Assembly (NCBI GenBank): GCA_040902225.1
Contig: JBBDXT010000002.1
Span: 30,036 to 94,035 of the forward strand
Direction: 5' to 3'
Source: Chloroflexota bacterium
GTDB taxonomy: Bacteria; Chloroflexota; Limnocylindria; QHBO01
DNA length: 64,000 nucleotides
The notes below the pieces were generated by a model. That model did not search any database. It worked only from the letters and a program-made list of their open reading frames with translations, and was not told the origin of the DNA. The position numbers and the translations under genes are program-made. Below, piece after piece: positions 9,337-19,838 of the stretch. Position 1 is the stretch's first letter. Every line of letters begins with the position of its first letter.

Positions 9337-11307
9337 GTGATCGCCCCGCTGGCCCTCATCGGCCTGGTCAGCCTGCCCATCATCGTCGCGTACTACATGC
9401 TGCGGCTGCGACGCCGGGACGTGCCGGTCGGCAGCACCTTTCTGTGGCAGCAGCTGGTGCGCGACGTGGAGGCCAACGCGCCGTGGCAGCGGCTGCGCTT
9501 CAGCTGGCTGCTGATCGTCCAGCTGCTGATCGCGCTGCTGATGGTGATCGCCGCTGCACGTCCGTTCCTTACAGTCAGCTCGGACCTTGCCGCCAACGTG
9601 GTGCTGATCGTGGATACCTCGGCCTCGATGGGCACCGTCGAGGACGGCACCTCGCGCATCGCCGCAGCGCAAGTCGCGGCGCGACGCGTGATCGGGCAGC
9701 TGTCGGAGGGTGGCCACGTGACGGTGGTGACGGCCGATGACTCGGCCCACGTCCTGGTGAGCGACACGGACGACCGAGCCGCGGCGCTCGCGGCCGTCGA
9801 CGGGATCGTCGCCACCCAGGTGCCGGGCGACCTGACCGATGCCTTCGCGCTCGCCTCGGCGCTCGCCGCTCGCGACTCCGACTCCACCGTGGTGGTGGTG
9901 ACCGATGCGAATGCCGACCGCCTTCCGCGCGTCGGGATCGGCGCACCGGTGCAGGTGAAGCGCGTCGGCACGACCGACGGCAACCAGGCCGTGGCGGCCC
10001 TGTCGCTCCTTCGCCGCTCGGGCGGGGCGCAGCTCGACCTGTTCGTGGCGGTCAGCAACCCATCGGCCTCGGACGTGACGCGGCGCCTGGAGATCTACGC
10101 GGACGACGTCCTCGTGGACGCGCGCGACCTCGCCATCCCCGCCGAGCAGCGCTCCGAGGCCCTGATCAGCAGCGTCCCCCAGGGCGCCAGGGTGGTCGAG
10201 GCGCGGCTCGCCGGCGATGACGCGTTGGCGGTCGACGATCGGGCCTTTGCGCTCGTCCCCTCCGCGGCCGCCGTGCGTGCGCTCCTGGTCGGCCCCGGCA
10301 ACACATACCTCGAGAATGCGCTCGCCCTGCTCCCGCGCCTCGAGCTCTATGCCGTCGGCGCCGGCGGCTACGTGGATGCGCTGGACGCCGCCGCCGAGGC
10401 GGGCAAGCCCTATGGCATCGTCATCTTCGACCGCACCGTGCCGGCCCAACCGCCCACCGTCCCGGCGTTGTACGTGGGGCCGGCCGCCGGGAGCGCCTTC
10501 GGCACCGTTGGCCGCGTGCTCGACGGCCCAGCCCTCGACCGCACCGACCCCGCCGATCCCCTGCTGCGATTCGTCGACCTCTCGACGCTGCACATCGGTC
10601 GCGCGCGTGCCGTCACCCTGGCTGACGGGATGCGCCCGGTGGTGGAGAGCGTCCGCGGCGAGCCGCTGGTCGCGATCGGTCGCGTGAACGGACTGGGTGT
10701 CGGGCTTCTGTCATTCGCCCTCGGCGACAGTGACCTGCCGCTCCAGGTCGCGTTCCCGCTCCTCATGAGCAACCTGGTGGACGCGCTGTTGCCGTCGACC
10801 GACGGCATCTTGCCTCCGTCGGTCGAGCTCGGCCAGCCGATCGCCGTCAGCATCGATCCCGCCATCCGGCGGGTTGCCGCCGTGACCGTTGCGAGCGGGG
10901 AACAGCTGGAGCTGGAGGTCGTCGGGGGGCGGGTGACCGTGCCGGGGCCGCGGGTGACCGGCCTGGTCGACCTGCAGGTGGTCGACGACGGAAGCGGCAC
11001 CGGTGGCGTTTCGCTGGGCAGGACGGCCGCGAACCTCTTCAATCCGGGTGAGTCGCGCGTGACCCCCGGTGACCCGGCTCGGATTCGCGATCTCGGCCAG
11101 GTCGGCCCCTCCCCGGGCGACGATGGGCTGACCGCACGATCCGAGTGGTGGTGGCCGCTTGCCCTGGCGGGGCTCGTCCTGCTGCTGGTCGAGTGGCTCC
11201 TCTTCCATCGCCCGACCCGCCGCGCCGTGGCGCGGATCCTGCGCCGCGGTCGGCCGCCGGCCGCGGCACGATCGAGCAGCTCGAGCATGGCAGGCAGCCC
11301 GCGATGA
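9337..11307 (+). CDS. BatA-like N-terminal double-TM plus VWA domain protein
   Basis: N-terminus MIAPLALIGLVSLPIIVAYYMLRLRRRDVPVGSTFLWQQL (BatA-type anchor). VWA MIDAS VVLIVDTSASM. C-terminal TM helix WWWPLALAGLVLLLVEWLLF. Confidence 0.85.
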   Translation: MIAPLALIGLVSLPIIVAYYMLRLRRRDVPVGSTFLWQQLVRDVEANAPWQRLRFSWLLIVQLLIALLMVIAAARPFLTVSSDLAANVVLIVDTSASMGTVEDGTSRIAAAQVAARRVIGQLSEGGHVTVVTADDSAHVLVSDTDDRAAALAAVDGIVATQVPGDLTDAFALASALAARDSDSTVVVVTDANADRLPRVGIGAPVQVKRVGTTDGNQAVAALSLLRRSGGAQLDLFVAVSNPSASDVTRRLEIYADDVLVDARDLAIPAEQRSEALISSVPQGARVVEARLAGDDALAVDDRAFALVPSAAAVRALLVGPGNTYLENALALLPRLELYAVGAGGYVDALDAAAEAGKPYGIVIFDRTVPAQPPTVPALYVGPAAGSAFGTVGRVLDGPALDRTDPADPLLRFVDLSTLHIGRARAVTLADGMRPVVESVRGEPLVAIGRVNGLGVGLLSFALGDSDLPLQVAFPLLMSNLVDALLPSTDGILPPSVELGQPIAVSIDPAIRRVAAVTVASGEQLELEVVGGRVTVPGPRVTGLVDLQVVDDGSGTGGVSLGRTAANLFNPGESRVTPGDPARIRDLGQVGPSPGDDGLTARSEWWWPLALAGLVLLLVEWLLFHRPTRRAVARILRRGRPPAAARSSSSSMAGSPR

Positions 11308-14213
11308 TCCCGGTCGCGTTCACCGACCCAATCTGGCTGTGGCTGCTGCTGCCGGCCGCAGCGCTGGTGATCGGCGGCTGGTGGGCCGCGTCGCGCACGC
11401 TGCCGCGCGCCCGCAGGGTCGCCTCGCTCATCATCCGCCTGACCCTGGTCGGCTGTGTCGTGGCGTCCCTGGCCGGAGCGCGCCTTGCGCTGCCGTCCGA
11501 CCGGCTGTCGGTTGTCTTCCTGGTCGACGCATCGGCCTCGATGCTGGACGCCAGCCGCGAGGAGCTGCTGGCGTTTGCCAAGAAAGGCGTGACCCAGATC
11601 CCCGAGGGCGACACGGCAGGGGTCGTGGTCTTCGGGGCCAACGCCCTTGTTGATCGGCTGCCGTCGAACCTCGACGAGCTGCAAGCGCCGGGGTCGGTGC
11701 CGGTTGTCAGCGCGACCGATATCGCCGCAGCGGTCCGGCTCGGGACCGCCATCTTCCCCGCCGGCACGCAGCAGCGGCTGGTCCTCCTCTCCGATGGAAA
11801 TGACACGAGCGGCCAGGCGGAGGAGGCGATCCTCTCGGCCGCACAGCACGGCGTGCGCCTCGACGTGGTGCTGCCGGGTGGCGAGACGTACCCCGAAGCG
11901 CTGGTGGATGGCGTGGATGCTCCTTCCGGGGCGCGCGTCGGAGAGACCATCGAGTTGAGCGTGCGTGTGCGCTCCACGGTCGCAACTGCCGTGACGCTGC
12001 GCCTGCTCGCCGACGGGGCAACCGTCGCCACTCGCCAGCTCTCACTCAAGCCCGGCACCATCAGCCTCTCGTTCATCGTGAAGGCGGAGGAGCCCGGCTT
12101 CCACGTCTTCCGGGCGGTGATCGAGCCGCGCTCGGACCATTTCACCGAGAACAACGCGGCCGATGCCTACGTGCTGGTCACCGGCGAGCCGCAGGTGCTG
12201 GTCGCCACCGACGACCCGGTTCGCGCCACCGACCTGGTCGACGCCCTGACCACTGCACGCCAGCAGGTGACGGTTGTGCCCGCCGGCGGCGTCCCATCGT
12301 CGATCGCGACACTTGCCGGCTACGACGCGGTCGTGCTCGACAACGTCTCGGCAGCCCAGCTGGGGGCCACCGCCATGGCCAGCCTGCAGGTCTACGTGCG
12401 CGACCTGGGCAAGGGGCTGGTGATGCTCGGCGGCCGGAGCAGCTACGGAGCAGGCGGCTATCTCAACTCCGTCCTCGAGGACGTGCTGCCGGTGTACATG
12501 ACCGTCCGCGATCGGCAGCGTTCACCGGATGTGGCACTGGTGGCGGTGATCGACAAGAGCGGCAGCATGGCCGACTGCCACTGCACCAGCGACAACCGCG
12601 GCACGGCCACCAGCGGGACGCGCGGCTTCGAGAAGGTGGACATCGCCAAAGAGGCGATCCTGCGCGCCGCGGATGCGCTCTCTCCCACCGACCAGCTGGG
12701 GGTGGTGGCCTTTGACGAGGGCGCGCACTGGGCCGTGCGTACCGGCCCGATCGACCACATCGGCCTCCAGAACTCGCTCGGCTTCAAGGCAGACGGGCAG
12801 ACCAACATCTACGCCGGCCTCAAGGCGGCCTACGACGACCTGATCCGGAACCCGGCCAAGCTGCGCCACATCATCCTGATCACCGATGGCTGGAGCCAGT
12901 CCGGCGCCTATGACGCCCTGCTGGCCGACATGAAGAAGGCGGGGATCACCCTCTCCACGATCGGCACCGGCGGCGGCTCGGCGGCCATCCTGCGCCGATT
13001 GGCCGAGCAGTCCGGCGGGCGCTACTACGAGGCCGATGACGCGACCCGCATCCCCGACATCTTCCTGAAGGAGACGATCCGGACCGCCGGAGAGCAGATC
13101 GTCGAGGAGCCGTTCCAGCCGGTCCCCTCCTCGCCGTCCGAGATCCTGCGCGGCCTCGACCCGGGACGTCTCCCGTCGCTCCTCGGCTACAACGCGACCA
13201 CCGCCAAGGGGACCGCCACGGTGGCGTTGCTCACAGGCCGCGACGATCCGCTGCTTGCGCAATGGCAGTACGGCCTGGGGCGCTCGGTGGCATGGACCAG
13301 CGACGTGCGGCAGCAGTGGGCAACGCAGTGGATCGGCACGGAGGCGTTCGGAACGATGACCGCGCAGCTCGTGGCCTGGACCCTTCCCCCGCGGGACGAG
13401 CAGGGGATCGACGTGCAGTTCTCGCCCGGACGCGACGGCGAGCTGAACGTCGAGGTCACCTCCCTCGACGACGATGGGGCTCCGCGCAACTTCTATCGCA
13501 CCGTGCTGCGCATGGTGGCGCCTGACCTGGCACCGCTGCAGAGCACGCTGACCCAGGTTGGCCCCGGCCGCTACGCCGGCACGGTGCGCGCCGATCAGCC
13601 CGGCGCCTACCTCGTGCGGGTGGCCCAGACCCGCGACGGGGCGGACTCGGCCAACCGCACCCTTGGCGTCGTCTCACCCGCGGCGGAGGAGTTCCGGCGC
13701 CTTGGCGTGGACAGCGAGGCATTGGGCCGCTATGCCGGCGCCGGGCAGGGGCGGCAGATCCAGCTCGACCCGTCGGATCCCGAGATCGTCCGGCAGGTCT
13801 GGACACATGACATCGCGGCGGCGGCCTTCCCGACCCCGATCTGGCCGTGGCTCCTGCTGCTGGCCATGATCCTGGTGCCGATCGACGTCGGCGTGCGCCG
13901 GGTCGCCCTGACGCGTGGCGACTTCGTCCGCGCCCGGACCTGGGTCGCTCGCGGCGTGGGCCTGGCCAAGCCGGCGCCGGAGGTGGTGCCGGGGCTGGCC
14001 GAGCTGCGCGCGGCCAGGGGGAGAAGCCAGCGGCGCGCCGACCGATCCGTGCGCCGCAAGGCCGAACCTCCGCCGGCGCAGGCACCCGGCGAGGCTGCAT
14101 CTGCCGCGACGCCGGCCACACCGGCCACGCCAGCGGAGCCGGGCGAGCCGGATGCCGGTCCGGCCGCCGAGACGCTCGCCGAGCGGCTCGCCCGCAGGCG
14201 CCGCGGAGGTTAG
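11304..14213 (+). CDS. double VWA domain membrane protein with GATase1-like segment
   Basis: Start set at ATG 11304 (MIPVAFTDPIWLWLLLPAAALVIGGWW), ATGA overlap with the upstream stop. Two MIDAS motifs (VVFLVDASASM, VAVIDKSGSM). Segment YDAVVLDNVSAAQL...GKGLVMLGG. C-terminal TM plus basic/Pro-rich tail. Confidence 0.85.
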   Translation: MIPVAFTDPIWLWLLLPAAALVIGGWWAASRTLPRARRVASLIIRLTLVGCVVASLAGARLALPSDRLSVVFLVDASASMLDASREELLAFAKKGVTQIPEGDTAGVVVFGANALVDRLPSNLDELQAPGSVPVVSATDIAAAVRLGTAIFPAGTQQRLVLLSDGNDTSGQAEEAILSAAQHGVRLDVVLPGGETYPEALVDGVDAPSGARVGETIELSVRVRSTVATAVTLRLLADGATVATRQLSLKPGTISLSFIVKAEEPGFHVFRAVIEPRSDHFTENNAADAYVLVTGEPQVLVATDDPVRATDLVDALTTARQQVTVVPAGGVPSSIATLAGYDAVVLDNVSAAQLGATAMASLQVYVRDLGKGLVMLGGRSSYGAGGYLNSVLEDVLPVYMTVRDRQRSPDVALVAVIDKSGSMADCHCTSDNRGTATSGTRGFEKVDIAKEAILRAADALSPTDQLGVVAFDEGAHWAVRTGPIDHIGLQNSLGFKADGQTNIYAGLKAAYDDLIRNPAKLRHIILITDGWSQSGAYDALLADMKKAGITLSTIGTGGGSAAILRRLAEQSGGRYYEADDATRIPDIFLKETIRTAGEQIVEEPFQPVPSSPSEILRGLDPGRLPSLLGYNATTAKGTATVALLTGRDDPLLAQWQYGLGRSVAWTSDVRQQWATQWIGTEAFGTMTAQLVAWTLPPRDEQGIDVQFSPGRDGELNVEVTSLDDDGAPRNFYRTVLRMVAPDLAPLQSTLTQVGPGRYAGTVRADQPGAYLVRVAQTRDGADSANRTLGVVSPAAEEFRRLGVDSEALGRYAGAGQGRQIQLDPSDPEIVRQVWTHDIAAAAFPTPIWPWLLLLAMILVPIDVGVRRVALTRGDFVRARTWVARGVGLAKPAPEVVPGLAELRAARGRSQRRADRSVRRKAEPPPAQAPGEAASAATPATPATPAEPGEPDAGPAAETLAERLARRRRGG

Positions 14214-14279
14214 GAGCGGCCCAGGCTGGGCGCACGCGTCGTCCGCCGAGGATACCCCGCCAGTTCCCCTCTGGCATGA

Positions 14280-16244
14280 TTGCCGCCCATGCCCGACGCC
14301 CCGCCCGTGCTCTGGACGCCCCCGGCCGACGCGCGCGCCACGTCGCGGATCGGCCGCTTCCTGGACTGGCTCGAGCGTGAGCGCGGCCTGCGGTTCGCCG
14401 ACTACGACGCCCTGTGGCGCTGGTCCGTGGACGATCTCGACGGGTTCTGGTCGGCCGTGGTCGAGCATCTCGGAGTGACCTCCTCGACGCCCATGGGGCC
14501 GGCGCTGGCGCGCGCCGCGATGCCCGGCGCGCGCTGGTTCCCCGGGGCCCGCCTGAACTGGGCGGAGCACGCGCTCCGCCTCAACGGCCGCCGGCCGGAG
14601 GACGTGATCCTCGTAGCGCGCTCGCAGAGCCGGGAGCAGATCACGCTGACAGGCGACGAGCTGCGCGATCTCGTGGCGCGCCTGCGAGCGGGCCTGCAGC
14701 GGCTGGGCGTGGGTCCGGGAGACCGCGTGGCGGCTTTTCTGCCGAACGTCCCCGAGGCGGTGGCGGCGCTGCTGGCCACCGCCAGCCTGGGTGCCATCTG
14801 GTCGTCGTGCGCGCCGGAGTTCGGTACCCGCAGCGTGATCGATCGCTTCGGACAGATCGAGCCGGCGGTGCTGCTCAGTATCAACGGCTATCGGTACGGC
14901 GATCGGGAGGTCGACAAGACCGATGAGGTCGCCGCCATTCGCGCCGCGCTGCCCTCCCTGCGCGCCACCGTGGAGCTTCCCTACCTCGACACGGTGCCGC
15001 GCATCCGGGGTGCGGTGGCCTGGCACGAGCTGATCGCGGATGCGGGTGGGCTCGACTTCGCCCAGGTCCCGTTCGACCACCCCCTGTTCGTCCTCTACAG
15101 CTCGGGCACGACCGGGCTGCCCAAGCCGATCGTCCACGGCCACGGCGGGATCCTCCTGGAGCACCTGAAGATCCACGCGCTGCAGCACGACCTGGGGCCG
15201 GACGACCGCTTCTTCTGGTTCACGACCACCGGCTGGATGATGTGGCCCTACCTGGTATCCGGCCTGCTGGCGGGCGCCACCATCGTCCTGTACGACGGCT
15301 CGCCTGGCCACCCCGACATGTCCGCCCTGTGGCGGCTGGCCGCCGAGGAGAAGGTCACGTACTTCGGCGCCAGCGCGCCGTACCTCATGGGCTGCCGTCG
15401 AGAAGGGCTGCAGCCGGCGCGCGACCACGACCTGTCGCGGGTGCGGGCCATCGGCTCCACCGGCGCTCCCCTGCCGGCCGACGGCTTCCGCTGGGTGTAC
15501 GAGGCGTTCGGGCCATCGGTCCACCTGGAGTCCGTGTCGGGCGGGACCGACCTGTGCACCGCGTTCGTCGGCGCCAGCCCGCTCGTCCCGGTCTGGGAGG
15601 GCGAGATCAGCTGCCGCCATCTGGGCTCACCGATCGAGGCCTACGCCCCGGATGGTCGCCCCCTGGTTGGTGAGCAGGGTGAGCTGGTGATCACCGGCCC
15701 CATGCCGTCCATGCCGGTGAGCTTCTGGAACGACCCGGACGGGTCGCGCTATCGGTCCGCCTATTTCGAGGTGTTCCCCGGCGTGTGGCGCCACGGGGAC
15801 TGGATCACGATCACCGAGCGCGGCTCATGCGTCATCAGCGGCCGTTCCGACGCCACGCTCAACCGCGGCGGGGTGCGGATCGGGACCGCCGAGTTCTACG
15901 CCGTGGTGGAGGCCATTCCCGAGGTGGCGGACTCGGTGGTCGTCCACCTGGAGGAGACCGATGAGCTCCTGCTGTTCGTCGCGCTGCGGGCGGGGGCCGT
16001 CCTGGACGGACCCCTTGCGCGCCGCCTCCGCGAGGAACTGCGCGACAACCTGTCCCCCCGCCACGTGCCGGACCGCATCGTGGCCGTACCGGGAGTGCCG
16101 CGCACGTTGTCGGGCAAGAAGCTCGAGGTCCCGATCAAGCGCATCCTGAGCGGGACGCCGCCCGAGGCCGCTGTCTCACGGGGCTCGCTGTCCAATCCCG
16201 AGGCCCTGGACGCATTCGCCGACCTGGCCCGAAGACGTCCGTAA
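14280..16244 (+). CDS. acetoacetate-CoA ligase (acetoacetyl-CoA synthetase)
   Basis: N-terminus ...SRIGRFLDWLERERGLRFADYDALWRWSVDDLDGFWSAV is typical of acetoacetyl-CoA synthetases. AMP-binding motif YSSGTTGLPKPIVH. Start may be ATG 14289. Confidence 0.85.
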   Translation: MPPMPDAPPVLWTPPADARATSRIGRFLDWLERERGLRFADYDALWRWSVDDLDGFWSAVVEHLGVTSSTPMGPALARAAMPGARWFPGARLNWAEHALRLNGRRPEDVILVARSQSREQITLTGDELRDLVARLRAGLQRLGVGPGDRVAAFLPNVPEAVAALLATASLGAIWSSCAPEFGTRSVIDRFGQIEPAVLLSINGYRYGDREVDKTDEVAAIRAALPSLRATVELPYLDTVPRIRGAVAWHELIADAGGLDFAQVPFDHPLFVLYSSGTTGLPKPIVHGHGGILLEHLKIHALQHDLGPDDRFFWFTTTGWMMWPYLVSGLLAGATIVLYDGSPGHPDMSALWRLAAEEKVTYFGASAPYLMGCRREGLQPARDHDLSRVRAIGSTGAPLPADGFRWVYEAFGPSVHLESVSGGTDLCTAFVGASPLVPVWEGEISCRHLGSPIEAYAPDGRPLVGEQGELVITGPMPSMPVSFWNDPDGSRYRSAYFEVFPGVWRHGDWITITERGSCVISGRSDATLNRGGVRIGTAEFYAVVEAIPEVADSVVVHLEETDELLLFVALRAGAVLDGPLARRLREELRDNLSPRHVPDRIVAVPGVPRTLSGKKLEVPIKRILSGTPPEAAVSRGSLSNPEALDAFADLARRRP

Positions 16245-16268
16245 CGGGACGGCGGTCGCCCCCCGACG

Positions 16269-17507
16269 TCAACCGCGTGCCTCGAGCTCTGGGGTCGCGC
16301 GGCGTAGCCCCGCCGGGTCCTGGAGACGGCGCCGGAGATCGTCCAGGAATCGTGCGGCCAGCTCACCGTCGACCAGCCGATGGTCCGCGGTCAGCGTCAG
16401 CCGCATGATCCAGCCAATGCCCAGGCCGTCTCCGATGACAACCGGCTCGCGAGCCGCGCTCCCAACAGCAAGGATCGCGGACTCGCCCGGGTTGATGATG
16501 GCGGCGAAGTGCTCCACGCCGTGCATCCCGAGATTCGAGATCGTGAGCGTGCTGCCGCTCATCTGGTCCAGCGGCAGCCTTCCCTCGCGAGCCGCCCCGG
16601 CCAGCGAGGCCGCGCGCTGGTGGATCTCATCGAGGCTCAGGTGGTCCGCGTCGCGCACAACCACGACAACCAGCCCATTCGGCACCGAAACGGCCAGGCC
16701 CAGGTGCACGCGCCGCCGCAACCACATCGATTGCCCGTCGGTGCGCGAGTTGACCACCGGCATCTCGACCAGGCTGCGCGCGGCAGCGACCATCACGAAG
16801 TCGGTGACGGTCAGCGGCGTCCCGGCCGCTTTCAGCTCGTCCCGCATCTCGACCAGGCGCGTCACGTCGACCGCCACCGTCACCGCGAACTGCGGCGCGG
16901 TCCTCGCGCTGTCGCTCATCCGCTGGGCGATGACCTGCCGCATGCGTGACAGTGGCTGCCGCTCACCCTCGTCGTCGGCCGACGGTGGCGCCACGTCGGG
17001 CGGCTGTCGAGCGGTCGCGATCGGCACGCCAGGCGCGGTGGCCGCGGCGCGAATGTCGCGCTCGACAATGCGGCCGTCCGGGCCGCTGCCGACCAGCGTC
17101 CCCACATGGACGCCGAGCTCAGCGGCGAGCCGGCTGGCGCGAGGGCTGATCCGCGGCGCAGCTGGTGCGGCCACGTCCGCCTCGGGCGCCGGCTTGGGTG
17201 CCGATGCCGTGGCCGTCTCGGGCGCATGGGGCCCCGCAGGTGCCGAGGCGGGCTCGGGGATCTCCTCCCCGGGCTGACCGACGTAGGCACACACGCTGTT
17301 GACGGGCACCGTCTCGCCCTCCTCAACCAGGCGTCGCAGCAGGACGCCGTCGTCGAAGGCCTCGACCTCCATGACCGCCTTGTCGGTCTCGATCTCGAAC
17401 AGGACGTCGCCCCTGGCGACGAGGTCGCCCTCGTTCTTGTGCCAGACGAGCAGGGTGCATTCCTCGGTCATCTGACCGGGGCGCGGCATGAGGATCGGGT
17501 GGACCAT
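16269..17507 (-). CDS. 2-oxoacid dehydrogenase E2 (dihydrolipoamide acyltransferase)
   Basis: Lipoyl domain EIETDKAVMEVEA, Ala/Pro linker, E3-binding-like segment ISPRASRLAAELGV, catalytic LTADHRLVDG. Confidence 0.9.
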   Translation of the reverse strand: MVHPILMPRPGQMTEECTLLVWHKNEGDLVARGDVLFEIETDKAVMEVEAFDDGVLLRRLVEEGETVPVNSVCAYVGQPGEEIPEPASAPAGPHAPETATASAPKPAPEADVAAPAAPRISPRASRLAAELGVHVGTLVGSGPDGRIVERDIRAAATAPGVPIATARQPPDVAPPSADDEGERQPLSRMRQVIAQRMSDSARTAPQFAVTVAVDVTRLVEMRDELKAAGTPLTVTDFVMVAAARSLVEMPVVNSRTDGQSMWLRRRVHLGLAVSVPNGLVVVVVRDADHLSLDEIHQRAASLAGAAREGRLPLDQMSGSTLTISNLGMHGVEHFAAIINPGESAILAVGSAAREPVVIGDGLGIGWIMRLTLTADHRLVDGELAARFLDDLRRRLQDPAGLRRATPELEARG

Positions 17508-17522
17508 GTGACGGGATACCTG

Positions 17523-19838
17523 CTACACGATGTCCAGGACGGCGCGCACGATGTCACCGGCCCGAGGCAGGAAGGCCTCCTCGAGCCCGTGCGCCTGCGG
17601 CGAGATGCCGTTGGCCGCACCGATGCGACCCACCGGGCCGTCGAGGTCGTCGAACGCCTCGGCCTGCACGCGGGCCACGATCTCGTTGACGAAGCTGCCC
17701 ATCAGCACAGCCTGGCTGGCCACCACGCAGCGGCCGGTCTTGCGGACCGACGTCAGGACGCTGTCCATGTCGAGCGGCACCAGGCTGCGCAGGTCGATCA
17801 CCTCGGCCGACAGGCCGTGCTCGGCGTGCAGCACCTCGGCCGCCGCCAGCGCATCGAGGACGGCGGGGCCCCAGGCAACCACGGAGGCATCGGTCCCCTC
17901 CCGCGCCACGCGGGCACGGCCGATCTCGACCAGGTGGTCGTCCGCCTCCGGCGCCGGGCCCTTCGTCGGATACAGGCCCTGGCTCTCGACGAAAAGGACG
18001 GGGTTGTTCGTGCGGATCGCAGCCTTGAGCAGGCCCTTGGCGTCGGCCGGCGTGGCCGGGTAGAGGACGTACAGGCCGGGGATGTGGGTGAAGATGCTCT
18101 CCAGCGACTGGGAGTGCTGGCCGCCGTATCCCTTGCCGGCTCCCACCGAGGCGCGGATGACGAGCGGCACCTCGATCTGCGCCCCGCTCATGTAGTGCCA
18201 CTTGCCGGCCTGGTTGGCAATCTGGTCGGACGCCATCAGGGCGAAGTCCATGTACATCAGCTCGACCACTGGCCGGGTGCCCACGATCGCCGCCCCCACC
18301 GCGGTGCCGCAGATGCACGCCTCGGAGATTGGCGTGTTGAACACCCGCTCGCGCCCGAACGTCTCCAGCAACCCCTTGGTGAGCTTGAACGCACCGCCAT
18401 AGTCGGCGATGTCCTCGCCGTAGACGATGACCCGGCGATCGCGCAGCATCTCCTCGACCAGCGCCTCACGGATGGCGTCCCGGTAGCTGATCGTCCCGGC
18501 CTCATCCCGGGGCGCCGCGGGCGGTTCCGCGTACAGCGGCACCTCCTGCTGATCGACCGGCACGACGTCGGCGGCGGTGTCGGTGTACAAGTAACGCAGC
18601 AGATCAGCCGGATCGGGATCGGTCGCCTCGGCGGCGCGGCGAGCGGCGCGCGCGTTGCGCTCGCGCGCCTCCCCTTCCAGGCGTTCCAGCGCCGCGTCGT
18701 CCGCGACGCCGGCCTCGACGATCTGCCGCCTGAGGCGCTCGATCGGATCGATGGCGCGCCAGGCCGACTCCTCGTCTCGCGTCCGGTACTCGTTGCGCGG
18801 GTCGGAGAGGGAGTGCCCGTAGTACCGGTAGGTGCTCGCCTCGACCAGGACGGGCCCCTCGCCGGCGCGGCAGCGCTCGGCGGCACGGCGCATCGCGTCC
18901 CAGACAGCCAGCACGTCCATGCCGTTCACCACCTCGGCGTGCATGTTGTTCTCGGCGAAGCCGGCCCCGCGCCGCGCCAGGTGGCGGATGCCCATCACCT
19001 CCTCATCGGTCCTATGGGTCATGCCGTAGTGGTTGTTCTGGATCAGGTACACGATGGGCAGTCCGTACCGATGGTCGCCGGCCAGGTGGTTGGTCCACTG
19101 GTGCTGCGTCGCCCAGTTCAGCGACTCGAGCACCACGCCGTTGGCATATGCCCCGTCACCCGCCATACAGCACACCACGCGGTCCGAGCGCTGGTAGCGG
19201 AAGGCCATGGCCGCGCCGGTGGCGATCGGCACGCTGCCGCCCACGATCGCGTTGGCGCCCAGGTGACCGGTAGCGAAGTCGCCGATGTGCATGCCCCCGC
19301 CGCGCCCTCGGCAGTAGCCCTCCTCCTTGCCGAACAGCTCGGCGATGACCCGGTAGACGTGCTCCTCCAGCGCCGTGCCCAGAAGGGCGTCATCGGCCAC
19401 GGCCGTGCCGTCCGGCACGCGGGCGCGCAGTTGTGGCGCGTCCATGCGGCGGATGGCGGCGAAGCCCTTGGCGATGGCGTCGCCGTGCCCGCGGTGCGAG
19501 CTGGTGATGGCGTCGGCTGGGCGGAGGGCTGCGGCCGCGCCGACCGCGGTCGCCTCCTGCCCGATCGAGACGTGCGTCGGACCGCGGTAGTCGTAGCCGG
19601 GCAGCGGGTCGTAGCCGCCTGAGCGGAGGCGGACGATCATCTCCTCCAACTCACGGATGGCCAGCATGTCGTCCAGCAGCGCGAGGGCTGCCGGCGCGGC
19701 CAGGGTTCCCGAGGCGAGCTCGCTCGCCACGTCACCGCCATAGCCGAACCCGATGACCGTGCCGCACGGCTCCTCGAACGCGTCGAGGTCGGGGCGCGTG
19801 TCACTGCGATAGGTTGGCTCGCGGAGCGGGGTCACCAT
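17523..19838 (-). CDS. fused E1 alpha-beta thiamine-diphosphate dehydrogenase component
   Basis: 771 aa. Alpha half has the TPP motif CMAGDGAYANGVVLESLNWA...IQNNHYGM. Beta half has ISYRDAIREALVEEMLRD...VFNTPISEACICGTAVGAA. SD GGAGG 8 nt before ATG 19838. Confidence 0.9.
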   Translation of the reverse strand: MVTPLREPTYRSDTRPDLDAFEEPCGTVIGFGYGGDVASELASGTLAAPAALALLDDMLAIRELEEMIVRLRSGGYDPLPGYDYRGPTHVSIGQEATAVGAAAALRPADAITSSHRGHGDAIAKGFAAIRRMDAPQLRARVPDGTAVADDALLGTALEEHVYRVIAELFGKEEGYCRGRGGGMHIGDFATGHLGANAIVGGSVPIATGAAMAFRYQRSDRVVCCMAGDGAYANGVVLESLNWATQHQWTNHLAGDHRYGLPIVYLIQNNHYGMTHRTDEEVMGIRHLARRGAGFAENNMHAEVVNGMDVLAVWDAMRRAAERCRAGEGPVLVEASTYRYYGHSLSDPRNEYRTRDEESAWRAIDPIERLRRQIVEAGVADDAALERLEGEARERNARAARRAAEATDPDPADLLRYLYTDTAADVVPVDQQEVPLYAEPPAAPRDEAGTISYRDAIREALVEEMLRDRRVIVYGEDIADYGGAFKLTKGLLETFGRERVFNTPISEACICGTAVGAAIVGTRPVVELMYMDFALMASDQIANQAGKWHYMSGAQIEVPLVIRASVGAGKGYGGQHSQSLESIFTHIPGLYVLYPATPADAKGLLKAAIRTNNPVLFVESQGLYPTKGPAPEADDHLVEIGRARVAREGTDASVVAWGPAVLDALAAAEVLHAEHGLSAEVIDLRSLVPLDMDSVLTSVRKTGRCVVASQAVLMGSFVNEIVARVQAEAFDDLDGPVGRIGAANGISPQAHGLEEAFLPRAGDIVRAVLDIV

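Noticed and set aside
17106-19622. Very long + strand ORF (838 aa) overlapping the E1/E2 genes. Similar giants are 4463..6055(-), 5158..6861(-), 10410..11849(-), 13674..15620(-), 25488..27491(-), 30160..32514(-), 33426..35396(-) and 50677..52524(+).
   Set aside because: They are typical antisense or off-frame shadow ORFs of high-GC DNA, with Arg/Gly/Pro/His/Asp-rich, motif-free translations. Each lies opposite or out of frame to a gene with clear family motifs.
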